Positions 8,792 through 18,437 are shown, counted from the stretch's first letter. The stretch: DNA of 64,000 nucleotides from Bacillus subtilis subsp. subtilis str. 168 (GCF_000009045.1 NC_000964.3:1364001-1428000), one strand, 5' to 3'. Translations and numbers: made by a program. Notes: a model not told the origin generated them from the sequence alone.

Positions 8792-9991
8792 ATGTTAGAT
8801 AACAAAACAATCGAAATTATTAAAAGCACTGTACCCGTATTGCAACAGCATGGAGAAACAATCACTGGCCGTTTTTACGATCGGATGTTTCAAGACCATC
8901 CAGAGCTTTTGAACATTTTTAATCAAACAAACCAAAAGAAAAAAACACAGCGAACTGCACTGGCAAATGCCGTTATTGCAGCTGCGGCAAACATTGACCA
9001 ATTAGGAAACATCATTCCGGTTGTCAAACAAATCGGCCACAAGCACCGCAGTATCGGAATTAAGCCTGAGCACTACCCAATCGTCGGTAAATATTTGCTG
9101 ATTGCGATTAAAGATGTATTGGGAGACGCTGCAACTCCTGACATTATGCAGGCATGGGAAAAAGCGTACGGAGTCATTGCTGACGCGTTCATCGGAATTG
9201 AAAAAGACATGTATGAACAGGCTGAAGAGCAAGCCGGCGGCTGGAAGGAGTATAAGCCATTCGTTATCGCAAAAAAAGAGCGGGAAAGCAAAGAAATTAC
9301 ATCCTTCTATTTGAAACCGGAAGACAGCAAGCCGTTACCTGAATTCCAAGCAGGGCAATATATCAGCATCAAAGTGCGGATTCCTGATTCTGAATATACG
9401 CATATCCGCCAGTACAGCCTGTCTGATATGCCGGGAAAAGACTATTATCGAATTTCAGTGAAGAAAGATGGTGTCGTGTCTTCCTACTTACACGATGGGC
9501 TGCAGGAGGGAGATTCAATAGAGATCAGCGCACCGGCAGGGGACTTTGTTTTAGATCATGCATCACAAAAAGATCTCGTTTTGATCAGTGCCGGAGTTGG
9601 CATTACACCAATGATCAGCATGCTGAAAACATCTGTTTCCAAACAGCCTGAACGGCAAATTCTGTTCATTCATGCGGCGAAAAACAGTGAATATCATGCA
9701 TTGCGCCATGAAGTAGAAGAAGCAGCAAAACATTCTGCTGTTAAAACAGCATTTGTGTATCGCGAGCCGACAGAGGAAGACCGTGCAGGTGATCTGCATT
9801 TTCATGAAGGACAGATTGATCAGCAATTCCTCAAAGAACTGATTGCCAACACAGATGCGGATTACTATATTTGCGGTTCACCGTCGTTTATTACGGCAAT
9901 GCATAAGCTTGTATCAGAGCTCGGATCAGCGCCGGAGTCTATCCATTACGAGCTATTCGGCCCGCAATTAAGTTTGGCGCAGTCCGTTTGA
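8792..9991 (+). CDS. hmp: Flavohemoglobin (nitric oxide dioxygenase)
   Basis: Globin N-terminus (HKHRSIGIKPEHYPIVG), FAD-binding RQYSLS, NAD-binding SAGVGITPM and YICGS. Confidence 0.98.
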   Translation: MLDNKTIEIIKSTVPVLQQHGETITGRFYDRMFQDHPELLNIFNQTNQKKKTQRTALANAVIAAAANIDQLGNIIPVVKQIGHKHRSIGIKPEHYPIVGKYLLIAIKDVLGDAATPDIMQAWEKAYGVIADAFIGIEKDMYEQAEEQAGGWKEYKPFVIAKKERESKEITSFYLKPEDSKPLPEFQAGQYISIKVRIPDSEYTHIRQYSLSDMPGKDYYRISVKKDGVVSSYLHDGLQEGDSIEISAPAGDFVLDHASQKDLVLISAGVGITPMISMLKTSVSKQPERQILFIHAAKNSEYHALRHEVEEAAKHSAVKTAFVYREPTEEDRAGDLHFHEGQIDQQFLKELIANTDADYYICGSPSFITAMHKLVSELGSAPESIHYELFGPQLSLAQSV

Positions 9992-10002
9992 ACACATACA
10001 TG

Positions 10003-10033
10003 AAACTCTTCTCCTTTCAGAGAAGAGTTTTTT
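10003..10033. terminator. Terminator between hmp and ykzH
   Basis: aaactcttct stem pairs with agaagagttt, followed by a T tail. Confidence 0.85.
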
Positions 10034-10067
10034 ATTGAGATATAAGAAGGCAGACAAGCGCCGGTTT

Positions 10068-10292
10068 CTACATCCGGACAATCACAGACCCGCTGCCATT
10101 TGTGCATACACGGTTTTGCTGTTCTTGCATTGTTCTCAGCAATTCATTGTTTACCTCAATCGCTCTAATTAGTTGCTTCATTCTTAGCTCCAAACCGGCC
10201 AGCCTGTCGATTGTTTGCTGCTGGTAGCCCTCGGGTTGGGGAGCCAATGGCAGATCAAAGGGCCAAAGGGTATTCGACTTCTGATTTTTCAT
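10068..10292 (-). CDS. ykzH: Small uncharacterised protein (74 aa)
   Basis: RBS ggagg (10310-06) precedes ATG 10292. Predicted coiled-coil segment (LAGLELRMKQLIRAIEVNNELLRTMQ). Confidence 0.7.
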   Translation of the reverse strand: MKNQKSNTLWPFDLPLAPQPEGYQQQTIDRLAGLELRMKQLIRAIEVNNELLRTMQEQQNRVCTNGSGSVIVRM

Positions 10293-10372
10293 ATTGCGTA
10301 TTGCGCCTCCAATCGGTGTCACTTTCTATTATGTTATGTTCAGGCGATATGCACGTTCGCCTAGACACTGAT

Positions 10373-10401
10373 GCATAGAGGGCCTGCCACGGGGCACAAT
10401 A
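10373..10401 (+). promoter_or_regulatory. Putative sigma-G (forespore) promoter of ykjA
   Basis: GCATA-N17-CACAATA matches the sigma-G consensus GHATR-N17/18-CAHAHTA. Confidence 0.6.
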
Positions 10402-10436
10402 GGCTCAATATGACCAGCGGATGGAGGTAAAGATCG

Positions 10437-11168
10437 GTGTTATGGATGGTATGGGTATTTTTACTGAAGCCAGTTATCGTATTTTCGATTGCATATATTT
10501 TGTTTCGGCTTGCCGGTAAAAAAGCTGTGTCACAAATGAACAATTTTGACCTGCTTTTGACCTTCGCAATCGGAACCATTATCAGTGAGCCGATCCTTAC
10601 ATCCAAGCTGCCGATGTCAATTTATTATGCGGGTGCTTTTTTGGTGCTTTATCTTATCATGAGCAAGCTCTCTTTATCTAATAAATGGCGATGGCTCCTA
10701 GTCGTGAGCCCGACTGTCCTAATCCGAAACGGGGATATTGATGAACGCGGCCTTCGTAAAGAAAGGCTGACTGTTAATGAGCTGCTCGGAAAGCTGAGGG
10801 AAAAGGGCTATGCCGACCCGGCTGACATTGATCTTGCTATCATTGAAGAAACGGGAGAAGTAAGCGTCATCCCGAAAGAGGAAGCGAGAGCGGTGCAGGT
10901 GCGGGATTTGAATATGGAAGCTGAACGGAATTTTATCCCGATTCCGCTCATACTGGATGGCGAAATCCTTGATCATAATTTGAAATATCTCCAAAAAAAC
11001 CGATCCTGGCTGTTTGAGAAGCTTGAGGAAAAAGGGTACAGCCCCAAACTGCTGTCTTCGATTATCCTTGGCACGATGAATGCACGCGGTGATATATCCC
11101 TTGATTTAAATACCGCTAATGAACCGCAGCATGATCCTTACTTATATAAACCGGGAAATAACAATTAA
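10437..11168 (+). CDS. ykjA: DUF421/YetF-family membrane protein
   Basis: N-terminal TM helices with GKKAVSQMNNFDLLLTFAIG. Typical YetF C-terminus (LLGKLREKG...AIIEETGEVSV...LILDGEI). GTG start with ggagg. Confidence 0.88.
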   Translation: MLWMVWVFLLKPVIVFSIAYILFRLAGKKAVSQMNNFDLLLTFAIGTIISEPILTSKLPMSIYYAGAFLVLYLIMSKLSLSNKWRWLLVVSPTVLIRNGDIDERGLRKERLTVNELLGKLREKGYADPADIDLAIIEETGEVSVIPKEEARAVQVRDLNMEAERNFIPIPLILDGEILDHNLKYLQKNRSWLFEKLEEKGYSPKLLSSIILGTMNARGDISLDLNTANEPQHDPYLYKPGNNN

Positions 11169-11172
11169 GATG

Positions 11173-11199
11173 GCTCTCTCTTGTAATGAGAGCTTTTTT
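11173..11199 (+). terminator. Terminator of ykjA
   Basis: gctctc-N9-gagagc followed by a long T run. Confidence 0.7.
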
Positions 11200-11259
11200 C
11201 TTTTTTAAAGGGAATTTTTGTTTGGTGTCAAATGTACCTAGTTAGGAGGGGAACTGAAC

Positions 11260-11787
11260 ATGAAGGACTTATCCATAAGAAACGACATGGCGCCAACGGT
11301 CAGTTTGCTGTATTCCGCAGTGGAAGAAAACAGTCTCCGTCTGGCTTCCATCGTAAGCCATATGACACACAGTGAACTTTACTATAAGGGGCGCTGCCAA
11401 ACAAAAAACAGCACGGCTCAGCTTTTGCACCATATCACAAATGTTGATATCAGATGGGTCTGGCGTATCAAGGAAAATCGGATCCCGGACCATATTGAAC
11501 AGGCATACGGCCCGATGACAGATGAAAGCGGACGGCTGCCTGAACCGGTGAATCAGCCAGACTTAGATGAACTCCTGAAAAGACATCAGCATGTAGTAGA
11601 GAAGCTGAAATCGGTATGCTTCACTTTAACTGAAAATGCTTTGAACCAGCCGCTTTCCTTCGAAGGTGACACCGCGACGATACGATGGGGAATTTGGCAT
11701 ATGGCAGATCATAACCGCTATCATCAGGCACATATTGAAGCTCTCAAAAAAGAATGGAAGCAGGATGTGGCGAAGTATGAACGCTAA
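11260..11787 (+). CDS. ykkA: DinB/YfiT-family protein (probable bacillithiol S-transferase-like)
   Basis: LLHHITNVD and WHMADHNRYHQAHI provide the His triad of the DinB fold. Strong RBS aggagg. Confidence 0.85.
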   Translation: MKDLSIRNDMAPTVSLLYSAVEENSLRLASIVSHMTHSELYYKGRCQTKNSTAQLLHHITNVDIRWVWRIKENRIPDHIEQAYGPMTDESGRLPEPVNQPDLDELLKRHQHVVEKLKSVCFTLTENALNQPLSFEGDTATIRWGIWHMADHNRYHQAHIEALKKEWKQDVAKYER

Positions 11788-12295
11788 AACGAAGCTTGTG
11801 ACTGATCGAATTCGTTTGCGCTGTATGGAAGATCGGGATCAAGCCACTTTGTTTGGGCTGCTTTTTAATGATCCTGACGTCATGACATATTATTCCGGTT
11901 TAAAAGATAAGAGGCAAACCCGCGAGTGGGTCAATTGGAACCAACGAAATGAAAAAGGGTACGGCGTTAGTCTGTGGATCGCCGAAGATAAGCGGACAGG
12001 GGAGTTTTTGGGGCAATGCGGCATCGTTCCCCAGCAGATCGAAAATCAAACCGTAATGGAAATTGGCTATATGTTTGCCCGCCGCCACTGGGGGAACGGC
12101 TATGCGCAAGAAGCGGCTCGGGCCTGTCTGGACTATGGCTTTAACGAGCGGCAGTTCGGCAAAATGGCGGCTTTGATTGATCCGGGTAACAAAGCGTCCA
12201 TACGGGTAGCGGAGAAAATCGGCATGCATTACAGCAAAACGATCAGAAAATGGAATAAACCGATCGCGGTATATGAAAGAAAATCTTACAATTGA
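11777..12295 (+). CDS. ykkB: GNAT N-acetyltransferase (RimJ/RimL-like)
   Basis: TDRIRLR, EIGYMFARRHWGNGYAQEA and NKASIRVAEKIG motifs. ATG 11777 overlaps the 3' end of ykkA. Confidence 0.9.
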   Translation: MNAKTKLVTDRIRLRCMEDRDQATLFGLLFNDPDVMTYYSGLKDKRQTREWVNWNQRNEKGYGVSLWIAEDKRTGEFLGQCGIVPQQIENQTVMEIGYMFARRHWGNGYAQEAARACLDYGFNERQFGKMAALIDPGNKASIRVAEKIGMHYSKTIRKWNKPIAVYERKSYN

Positions 12296-12320
12296 AAGAT
12301 AGAGCTGAGTTTAGTATCAT
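12292..12320 (+). promoter_or_regulatory. Sigma-A promoter of the guanidine riboswitch leader
   Basis: TTGAAA-N17-TATCAT; the -35 contains the ykkB stop codon. Confidence 0.7.
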
Positions 12321-12330
12321 GATATCATGT

Positions 12331-12439
12331 AAAGTTTTCTAGGGTTCCGCATGTCAATTGACATGGACTGGTCCGAGAGAAAACACATACGCGTAAATAG
12401 AAGCGCGTATGCACACGGAGGGAAAAAAGCCCGGGAGAG
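12331..12439 (+). ncRNA. Guanidine-I riboswitch (ykkC-yxkD leader)
   Basis: Conserved CUAGGGUUCCG...GGUCCGAGAG and 3' CACGGAGGGAAAAAAGCCCGGGAG elements. A terminator (ccgggagagtc...gactgtccgggg plus T tail, ~12430-12475) follows. Lies upstream of SMR genes. Confidence 0.96.
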
Positions 12440-12516
12440 TCAATCTCATGTGAGACGACTGTCCGGGGTTTTTTTGTTTTCGGAGAATCTTAATAGATAG
12501 AAAGGAATGACTCAAA

Positions 12517-12855
12517 ATGAAATGGGGATTGGTCGTGCTTGCCGCTGTTTTCGAGGTTGTTTGGGTGATAGGCTTAAAGCACGCTGACTCAGCCTTAACA
12601 TGGAGCGGCACTGCCATCGGCATCATATTCAGCTTTTACCTTCTAATGAAGGCGACTCACAGTCTGCCTGTTGGTACCGTGTATGCCGTCTTTACCGGGC
12701 TCGGCACAGCGGGAACAGTACTTAGTGAAATCGTTCTTTTTCATGAACCGGTTGGATGGCCGAAGCTATTGTTAATTGGCGTGCTCTTAATCGGTGTAAT
12801 CGGGTTGAAGCTTGTGACACAGGATGAGACAGAGGAAAAAGGAGGCGAGGCATAA
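12517..12855 (+). CDS. gdnC: SMR-family guanidinium exporter, subunit C (ykkC)
   Basis: Four-TM SMR protein with conserved Glu13 (FEVVW) and [13 protein letters not shown]; under a guanidine-I riboswitch. Confidence 0.95.
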
Positions 12856-13172
12856 TGCTGCACTGGATCAGTTTATTGTGCGCGGGCTGTTTAGAAATGG
12901 CCGGCGTGGCCCTTATGAATCAATATGCGAAAGAAAAAAGCGTGAAATGGGTGCTGTTGATCATTGTTGGTTTTGCCGCTTCATTTTCCTTGCTGTCGTA
13001 CGCAATGGAAACCACTCCGATGGGAACGGCTTACGCGGTCTGGACAGGAATTGGCACCGCCGGCGGGGCGCTTATCGGCATCCTCTTTTACAAGGAGCAG
13101 AAAGACGCCAAACGGATCTTCTTTATCGCGTTGATTTTATGCTCAGCAGTTGGTTTAAAAATTCTGTCATAA
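12855..13172 (+). CDS. gdnD: SMR-family guanidinium exporter, subunit D (ykkD)
   Basis: Paired SMR protein with LEM and PMGTAYAVWTGIG; 1-nt overlap with gdnC. Confidence 0.95.
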   Translation: MLHWISLLCAGCLEMAGVALMNQYAKEKSVKWVLLIIVGFAASFSLLSYAMETTPMGTAYAVWTGIGTAGGALIGILFYKEQKDAKRIFFIALILCSAVGLKILS

Positions 13173-13242
13173 ATTGATTTTTATCAAATCTTCAGTATAA
13201 TGGATAAATAGTTTAGACTTACAAAGATAAGAGGGATTATTC

Positions 13243-14145
13243 ATGAAATCATATATGACTCAGCGGTTGGACGAATACCGTGACGGAAATGAGGATAAAG
13301 GTCGGCTCTTGGTCAGCTGCCCCGATCAGCCGGGTATCGTCTCTGCAGTTTCCGCGTTTTTATTTGAACACGGTGCCAATATTATAGAATCAAATCAATA
13401 TACGACAGACCCTGAAGGCGGCCGGTTCTTCCTGAGAATCGAATTCGACTGCGCAGGCATTCGTGAAAAAAAATCATCACTTCAGGCAGCGTTTGCCTCT
13501 GTTGCGGAAAAATTCGACATGACATGGAGCTTAACTTTGGCGAGCGAACTGAAGCGTGTCGCCATTTTCGTTTCAAAGGAGCTCCACTGCCTGCATGAGC
13601 TGATTTGGGAATGGCAAACCGGCAACCTGATGGCGGAGATCGCTGTTGTCATCAGTAACCATGAGGAAGCGAGAGAGCTGGTTGAGCGCCTGAACATTCC
13701 ATTCCACTATATGAAAGCGAACAAAGACATCAGAGCGGAAGTCGAAAAGAAGCAGCTTGAACTGCTGGAGCAGTACGATGTTGATGTGATCGTGCTCGCA
13801 CGCTATATGCAGATTCTAACTCCTGATTTTGTTTCGGCTCATCCGAATCGCATCATCAATATCCACCATTCATTCCTGCCAGCTTTTATCGGTGCGAATC
13901 CGTACAAACGGGCCTACGAGCGCGGCGTGAAACTGATCGGTGCGACATCTCATTATGTGACAAACGATCTTGATGAAGGGCCGATCATTGAACAGGATAT
14001 TGAGCGTGTGGACCACCGCGATAATGCGGAAGCGCTGAAAAACATCGGAAGAACAATTGAGCGCAGCGTGCTTGCCCGTGCTGTGAAATGGCATTTGGAA
14101 GACCGTGTCATCGTTCATGAAAATAAAACAATCGTCTTTAACTAG
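13243..14145 (+). CDS. purU: Formyltetrahydrofolate deformylase
   Basis: ACT domain (SCPDQPGIV) plus formyltransferase motifs LARYMQIL, NIHHSFLP and LDEGPIIEQ. Confidence 0.96.
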   Translation: MKSYMTQRLDEYRDGNEDKGRLLVSCPDQPGIVSAVSAFLFEHGANIIESNQYTTDPEGGRFFLRIEFDCAGIREKKSSLQAAFASVAEKFDMTWSLTLASELKRVAIFVSKELHCLHELIWEWQTGNLMAEIAVVISNHEEARELVERLNIPFHYMKANKDIRAEVEKKQLELLEQYDVDVIVLARYMQILTPDFVSAHPNRIINIHHSFLPAFIGANPYKRAYERGVKLIGATSHYVTNDLDEGPIIEQDIERVDHRDNAEALKNIGRTIERSVLARAVKWHLEDRVIVHENKTIVFN

Positions 14146-14155
14146 ACTGCAAGAG

Positions 14156-14179
14156 GCCCGCGCAATGCGGGCTATTTTT
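14156..14179 (+). terminator. Terminator of purU
   Basis: gcccgc-gcaat-gcgggc followed by tattttt. Confidence 0.75.
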
Positions 14180-14193
14180 GATGACAAAAAACC

Positions 14194-14222
14194 TTGACAA
14201 GTGTCTTTTTTCTTTGCATAAT
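14194..14222 (+). promoter_or_regulatory. Sigma-A promoter of proBA
   Basis: TTGACA-N17-CATAAT. Confidence 0.75.
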
Positions 14223-14234
14223 ATAAAAAAATCA

Positions 14235-14467
14235 TTGAGCGTTGAAGAGGATTAGTAAGCAGACCTTTCTGTGACAGAGAGCAAAATGAATCGCTGAAAC
14301 ATTTTGCCGCATGAAACCTGCCGAACCTGCCTTGGAGTCCTAGGGGGAAAACCTAGGCGCATAACCTGGCGTTACAGGAGAGCGGAGCGTGCACAAGCGC
14401 GTTCAATCAAGGTGGTACCACGGAAACCCATTTCGTCCTTATGAATCAGGATGAAATGGGTTTTTTT
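14235..14467 (+). ncRNA. Proline T-box riboswitch
   Basis: Stem I with AGAGA and GCUGA motifs, specifier GAA-CCU-G (Pro codon 14326-28), T-box AAGGUGGUACCACG (14409-22), and terminator cccatttcgtcct/aggatgaaatggg plus T7. Confidence 0.95.
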
Positions 14468-14495
14468 ATTGTAGAAGAGCCGCGGAGGAGAATAA

Positions 14496-15593
14496 ATGAA
14501 AAAACAAAGAATAGTAGTGAAAATAGGAAGCAGTTCGCTCACGAATAGCAAAGGAAGCATTGATGAGGCAAAAATCAGAGAGCATGTTCAGGCGATTTCC
14601 GTGTTAAAAAAAGCGGGGCATGAAATGATTCTGATTACCTCGGGTGCCGTAGCGGCGGGGTTTTCCAGCCTCGGTTATCCATCCCGTCCCGTTACCATCA
14701 AAGGAAAACAGGCGGCGGCCGCGGTCGGACAAACACTGTTAATGCAGCAATATATGAATCAATTTAAACAATACTCACTGACTCCGGGACAAATCCTTTT
14801 AACGAGAAATGATTTTTCGAAAAGAGAACGGTATCGAAACGCGTATGCTACGATAATGGAATTATTAGAGCGGGGCGTCATTCCGATTATCAACGAGAAC
14901 GATTCTACATCTGTTGAAGAATTGACATTCGGAGATAATGATATGCTTTCTGCGTTAGTCAGCGGATTGATTCACGCGGACCAGCTCATGATTCTCACTG
15001 ACATTAACGGACTGTATGATGCCAATCCAAATGAAAATCCTGAGGCGAAACGATTTGATTATTTGCCAGAGATCACGCCTGAATTGCTTGGATATGCAGG
15101 TTCAGCTGGATCAAAGGTCGGCACCGGCGGAATGAAATCAAAGCTGTTAGCCACACAAACCGCGCTGTCTCTGGGAGTGAAAGTATTCATTGGAACTGGC
15201 AGCGGAGAGCAAAAACTTGCGGACATTTTGGACGGCAGGGGAGACGGCACTTATATCGGAGACAAAGAACTATCTTCGGTTAACAACACAAGGCAGTGGA
15301 TTCAGTTCCACTCGCCGATATCGGGAGAAATTATCATTGATGCGGGTGCCGAAGAGGCGATGATCCATAATGGAAGCAGCCTTTTGCCCGCTGGAGTTGT
15401 GGGCGTGAACGGAAGCTTTCCGAAAGGGGCGGTTGTGGAAGTCAGGGGACCGGGCGGCGTGATCGGCAAAGGCCAAACTCATTACTCCTCCGAGGAGATT
15501 ATGGAGGCTAAAGGCAAACGCAGTGACGAACTTGATTTTGAGAAAACGTTTGAGGTTATTCATAGGAATGACTGGGTCAATGTAAAAGACTAG
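14496..15593 (+). CDS. proB: Glutamate 5-kinase
   Basis: [23 protein letters not shown] and GTGGMKSK motifs, with a C-terminal PUA domain. Confidence 0.98.
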   Translation: MKKQRIVVKIGSSSLTNSKGSIDEAKIREHVQAISVLKKAGHEMILITSGAVAAGFSSLGYPSRPVTIKGKQAAAAVGQTLLMQQYMNQFKQYSLTPGQILLTRNDFSKRERYRNAYATIMELLERGVIPIINENDSTSVEELTFGDNDMLSALVSGLIHADQLMILTDINGLYDANPNENPEAKRFDYLPEITPELLGYAGSAGSKVGTGGMKSKLLATQTALSLGVKVFIGTGSGEQKLADILDGRGDGTYIGDKELSSVNNTRQWIQFHSPISGEIIIDAGAEEAMIHNGSSLLPAGVVGVNGSFPKGAVVEVRGPGGVIGKGQTHYSSEEIMEAKGKRSDELDFEKTFEVIHRNDWVNVKD

Positions 15594-15604
15594 GAGGCGG
15601 AAAA

Positions 15605-16852
15605 ATGAGTGAAGTTTCTGTAAAAGCGAAGCTGGCGAAAGAAGCAGCAGCCGAAATGATCATGAAAACAACAGCCGAGAAGGATGAGGCGCTCAGCCTC
15701 ATTGCAAACGGACTCCGCAAAGAACTGGATTTTCTCTTGGCGGAGAATGCAAAAGACATTGTGAACGGAAAAGAGAATGGTTTAACACCGGACATCATTG
15801 ACCGTCTCTCATTGGATGAGAAACGGATACGCGATATCGCGGACGCGGTGGAGCTCTTAATCGACTTAGCGGACCCAATCGGCGACTCTCTTGAAACGAT
15901 TGAAAAAGAAAACGGCCTGTTTATTGAAAAAATCCGTGTGCCGCTCGGTGTCGTAGGAATGATTTATGAGGCGAGGCCAAACGTCACAGTTGATGCGGCT
16001 ACCCTTTGCCTGAAGACAGGGAACGCGGTTGTGCTGCGGGGAAGCTCCTCAGCCATCCACAGCAACAAAGCGCTCGTCAGTGTCATTTACAGAGCACTTG
16101 AGCAATCAGCGCTTCCGATTCACGCTGTGCAGCTGATTGAGGATACGAGCAGAGAGACAGCAAAAGAGCTCTTTACGTTAAATGATGGCTTAGACGTATT
16201 GATTCCGCGCGGAGGCAAGAAACTGATTGATCTCGTTGTGAGAGAATCAACAGTTCCTGTATTAGAAACGGGAGCAGGAAACTGCCACATATTCATTGAC
16301 GAAACAGCCAAACCGCAAATGGCAGAAAAGGTTGTTGTAAATGCCAAAACGCAGCGCCCTTCTGTATGCAACGCGATTGAATCATTGCTGATTCACAAGG
16401 CTTGGGCAAGACAGCACGGAAAAGAATTGCTGGACCAGCTGGAAAACGCGGGAGTTGAAATTCGCGGTGATGAATTGGTATGTGAACTTCATCCTTCAAG
16501 CAAACAAGCATCAAAAGAAGATTGGGAAACCGAATTTTTAGCGCCTGTCCTCAGCGTAAAGACGGTTGAAAACGTCCAAGAAGCTGTAAAGCATATCCAA
16601 CAATACGGCACCAATCATTCTGAAGCGATTTTAACTGAAAATGACAAAAATGCGGTATATTTTCAAACGGCTGTCGATGCTGCCGCTGTCTATCATAACG
16701 CGTCAACCCGCTTTACCGACGGCTTTGAATTCGGCTACGGAGCCGAAATCGGCATCAGCACGCAAAAGCTTCATGCAAGAGGACCGATGGGGCTTCCTGC
16801 ACTGACTTCTACAAAATACATCATTAAAGGAACTGGGCAAATCCGTGAATAG
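15605..16852 (+). CDS. proA: Gamma-glutamyl phosphate reductase
   Basis: [21 protein letters not shown] and [17 protein letters not shown] motifs. Confidence 0.98.
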   Translation: MSEVSVKAKLAKEAAAEMIMKTTAEKDEALSLIANGLRKELDFLLAENAKDIVNGKENGLTPDIIDRLSLDEKRIRDIADAVELLIDLADPIGDSLETIEKENGLFIEKIRVPLGVVGMIYEARPNVTVDAATLCLKTGNAVVLRGSSSAIHSNKALVSVIYRALEQSALPIHAVQLIEDTSRETAKELFTLNDGLDVLIPRGGKKLIDLVVRESTVPVLETGAGNCHIFIDETAKPQMAEKVVVNAKTQRPSVCNAIESLLIHKAWARQHGKELLDQLENAGVEIRGDELVCELHPSSKQASKEDWETEFLAPVLSVKTVENVQEAVKHIQQYGTNHSEAILTENDKNAVYFQTAVDAAAVYHNASTRFTDGFEFGYGAEIGISTQKLHARGPMGLPALTSTKYIIKGTGQIRE

Positions 16853-16869
16853 CGGGGTAATGTTCAATG

Positions 16870-16903
16870 AAAAAGCTTATCTCATTACGAGATAAGCTTT
16901 TTT
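16870..16903 (+). terminator. Terminator of proBA
   Basis: aaaaagcttatctc pairs with gagataagcttttt. Confidence 0.88.
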
Positions 16904-16915
16904 ATACGCGAAAAA

Positions 16916-16953
16916 TTGACATTTCAAATTTAATTGTGTACAATTTAATTGTA
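16916..16953 (+). promoter_or_regulatory. ohrA promoter with OhrR operator
   Basis: TTGACA-N17-TACAAT. The perfect inverted repeat TACAATT-T-AATTGTA (16939-53) overlaps the -10, and an imperfect copy lies at 16924-38. Confidence 0.9.
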
Positions 16954-16977
16954 TAAAATATATTGGGGGAATGAAAA

Positions 16978-17403
16978 ATGAGTCAGCCATTATTTACCGC
17001 AACTGTTTCAGCGGTAGGAGGAAGAGAAGGAAAGGTCATTTCATCAGACCGCGTTCTTGAGCTTGATGTCGCAATGCCGGGGACACCGAGAGCCAAGAAA
17101 TTAGAAAAAGCGACAAATCCAGAGCAGCTGTTTGCAGCAGGTTATGCAGCTTGCTTTGACAGCGCCCTGCAGCTTGTCGCAAGAACAGAACGGGTAAAAG
17201 TAGAGACAGAGGTTACAGCAAATGTTAGCCTGTTAAAGGATGAAGCGGACCAGGGCTATAAGCTGGGTGTGACGCTGCAAGTAAAAGGAGAAGGAGTCAG
17301 TGCATCAGAATTGGAGGCGCTTGTGAAAAAAGCGCACGGCGTCTGCCCGTACTCAAAAGCAACCTCCGGAAATATTGATGTGACACTTGAAGTTGCTGAA
17401 TAA
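16978..17403 (+). CDS. ohrA: Organic hydroperoxide resistance peroxidase A
   Basis: NPEQLFAAGYAACF and AHGVCPYSKAT (two catalytic Cys). Confidence 0.97.
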   Translation: MSQPLFTATVSAVGGREGKVISSDRVLELDVAMPGTPRAKKLEKATNPEQLFAAGYAACFDSALQLVARTERVKVETEVTANVSLLKDEADQGYKLGVTLQVKGEGVSASELEALVKKAHGVCPYSKATSGNIDVTLEVAE

Positions 17404-17405
17404 AT

Positions 17406-17443
17406 AAAAAGAGGATGCCTGTACAAGGCATCCTCAATTTTTT
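17406..17443. terminator. Bidirectional terminator between ohrA and ohrR
   Basis: gaggatgcct-gtaca-aggcatcctc with A and T flanks. Confidence 0.85.
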
Positions 17444-17877
17444 TGATGAAGTGTTTCCAGTAATGTATATAGAGCGGACTTTAACTGTTTGAGATCCTCC
17501 CCAGACTGCTTTGAGAGCCCCAGAATTGTCCCTGGAATGTCAACCGCTTTTTCTTTTAATAACGCTCCGTCCTCTGTCAGGCTGATCAACACGGACCGCT
17601 CATCCTCTTCAGATCTTTTTCTCGTAATCAAACCCTGTTGTTCCATTCGTTTAAGCATCGGAGTGAGCGTTCCTGAATCTAAATACAGCTGTTCGCCCAT
17701 TTTTTTGACAGTAAGCGTTTCATGTTCCCATAACAAAAGCAAAGCCAAATATTGAGGGTATGTTATATTCAGCTTATCAAGCAGCGGCTTGTATTGCTTT
17801 GTCATCTCCCGCGAACTCGCATATAGCAAAAAACAAAGCTGATTCTCCAATTTCATATGATCAAATTTATTTTCCAT
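17434..17877 (-). CDS. ohrR: Organic peroxide-sensing MarR-family repressor
   Basis: LENQLCFLLY (sensing Cys15), ITYPQYL, LDSGTLTPMLKRME and R..EDER motifs. Confidence 0.97.
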   Translation of the reverse strand: MENKFDHMKLENQLCFLLYASSREMTKQYKPLLDKLNITYPQYLALLLLWEHETLTVKKMGEQLYLDSGTLTPMLKRMEQQGLITRKRSEEDERSVLISLTEDGALLKEKAVDIPGTILGLSKQSGEDLKQLKSALYTLLETLHQKN

Positions 17878-17959
17878 TTTGTTCACCAACTCTTTTTTGT
17901 CATTCGATTCTATTGTATCTGAAAAACCTCACTTTTCCTATTCTCGGCAAACATAGCAT

Positions 17960-17984
17960 GTTTAAAAAGATCAGAAAGGGAAAT
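17960..17984 (+). promoter_or_regulatory. Sigma-B promoter of ohrB
   Basis: GTTTAA-N12-GGGAAAT. Confidence 0.8.
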
Positions 17985-18019
17985 ATAACAACTAGATACA
18001 AATAAGGAGGTTGGGAAAT

Positions 18020-18430
18020 ATGGCACTATTTACAGCAAAAGTAACCGCGCGAGGCGGACGAGCAGGACATATTACATCAGATGACGGTGTTCTTGATTTT
18101 GATATTGTCATGCCAAATGCCAAAAAAGAAGGACAAACCGGCACAAATCCGGAACAGCTCTTTGCGGCAGGGTATGCTGCATGCTTCGGCGGCGCGCTCG
18201 AACACGTAGCCAAAGAGCAGAATATCGAAATTGATTCGGAGATTGAAGGGCAGGTCAGCCTCATGAAGGATGAGAGCGACGGCGGGTTTAAAATCGGTGT
18301 CACACTTGTTGTGAACACGAAAGATTTAGATCGGGAAAAGGCACAAGAGCTTGTCAACGCCGCTCATGAATTCTGTCCTTACTCAAAGGCAACCAGAGGA
18401 AATGTTGATGTAAAACTAGAATTAAAATAA
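18020..18430 (+). CDS. ohrB: Organic hydroperoxide resistance protein B (general stress)
   Basis: Paralog of ohrA with the same Cys motifs. RBS aaggagg precedes ATG 18020. Confidence 0.96.
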   Translation: MALFTAKVTARGGRAGHITSDDGVLDFDIVMPNAKKEGQTGTNPEQLFAAGYAACFGGALEHVAKEQNIEIDSEIEGQVSLMKDESDGGFKIGVTLVVNTKDLDREKAQELVNAAHEFCPYSKATRGNVDVKLELK

Positions 18431-18437
18431 TGACCGG

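Noticed and set aside
11666-11776. Long N-terminal extensions in the ORF track (ykkB here; also guaD 19148-19318, thiX 24835-24987, ykoP 36056-36187, isp, thiU, tnrA)
   Set aside because: In each case a downstream start has the SD and begins the recognisable family domain. The extensions overlap other genes, promoters or terminators.
12315-12329. Tandem TATCATG-A-TATCATG over the gdnC -10
   Set aside because: Short, AT-rich and partly forced by the -10 hexamer; no second copy supports an operator.
12350-12365. Perfect 16-bp palindrome CATGTCAATTGACATG containing TTGACA on both strands
   Set aside because: It is explained as the variable hairpin of the guanidine-I aptamer, and there is no -10 at 17 bp in either direction.
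17760-18005. 81-aa ORF spanning ohrR and the ohrB promoter
   Set aside because: It overlaps ohrR antisense and the sigma-B promoter, and has no RBS.
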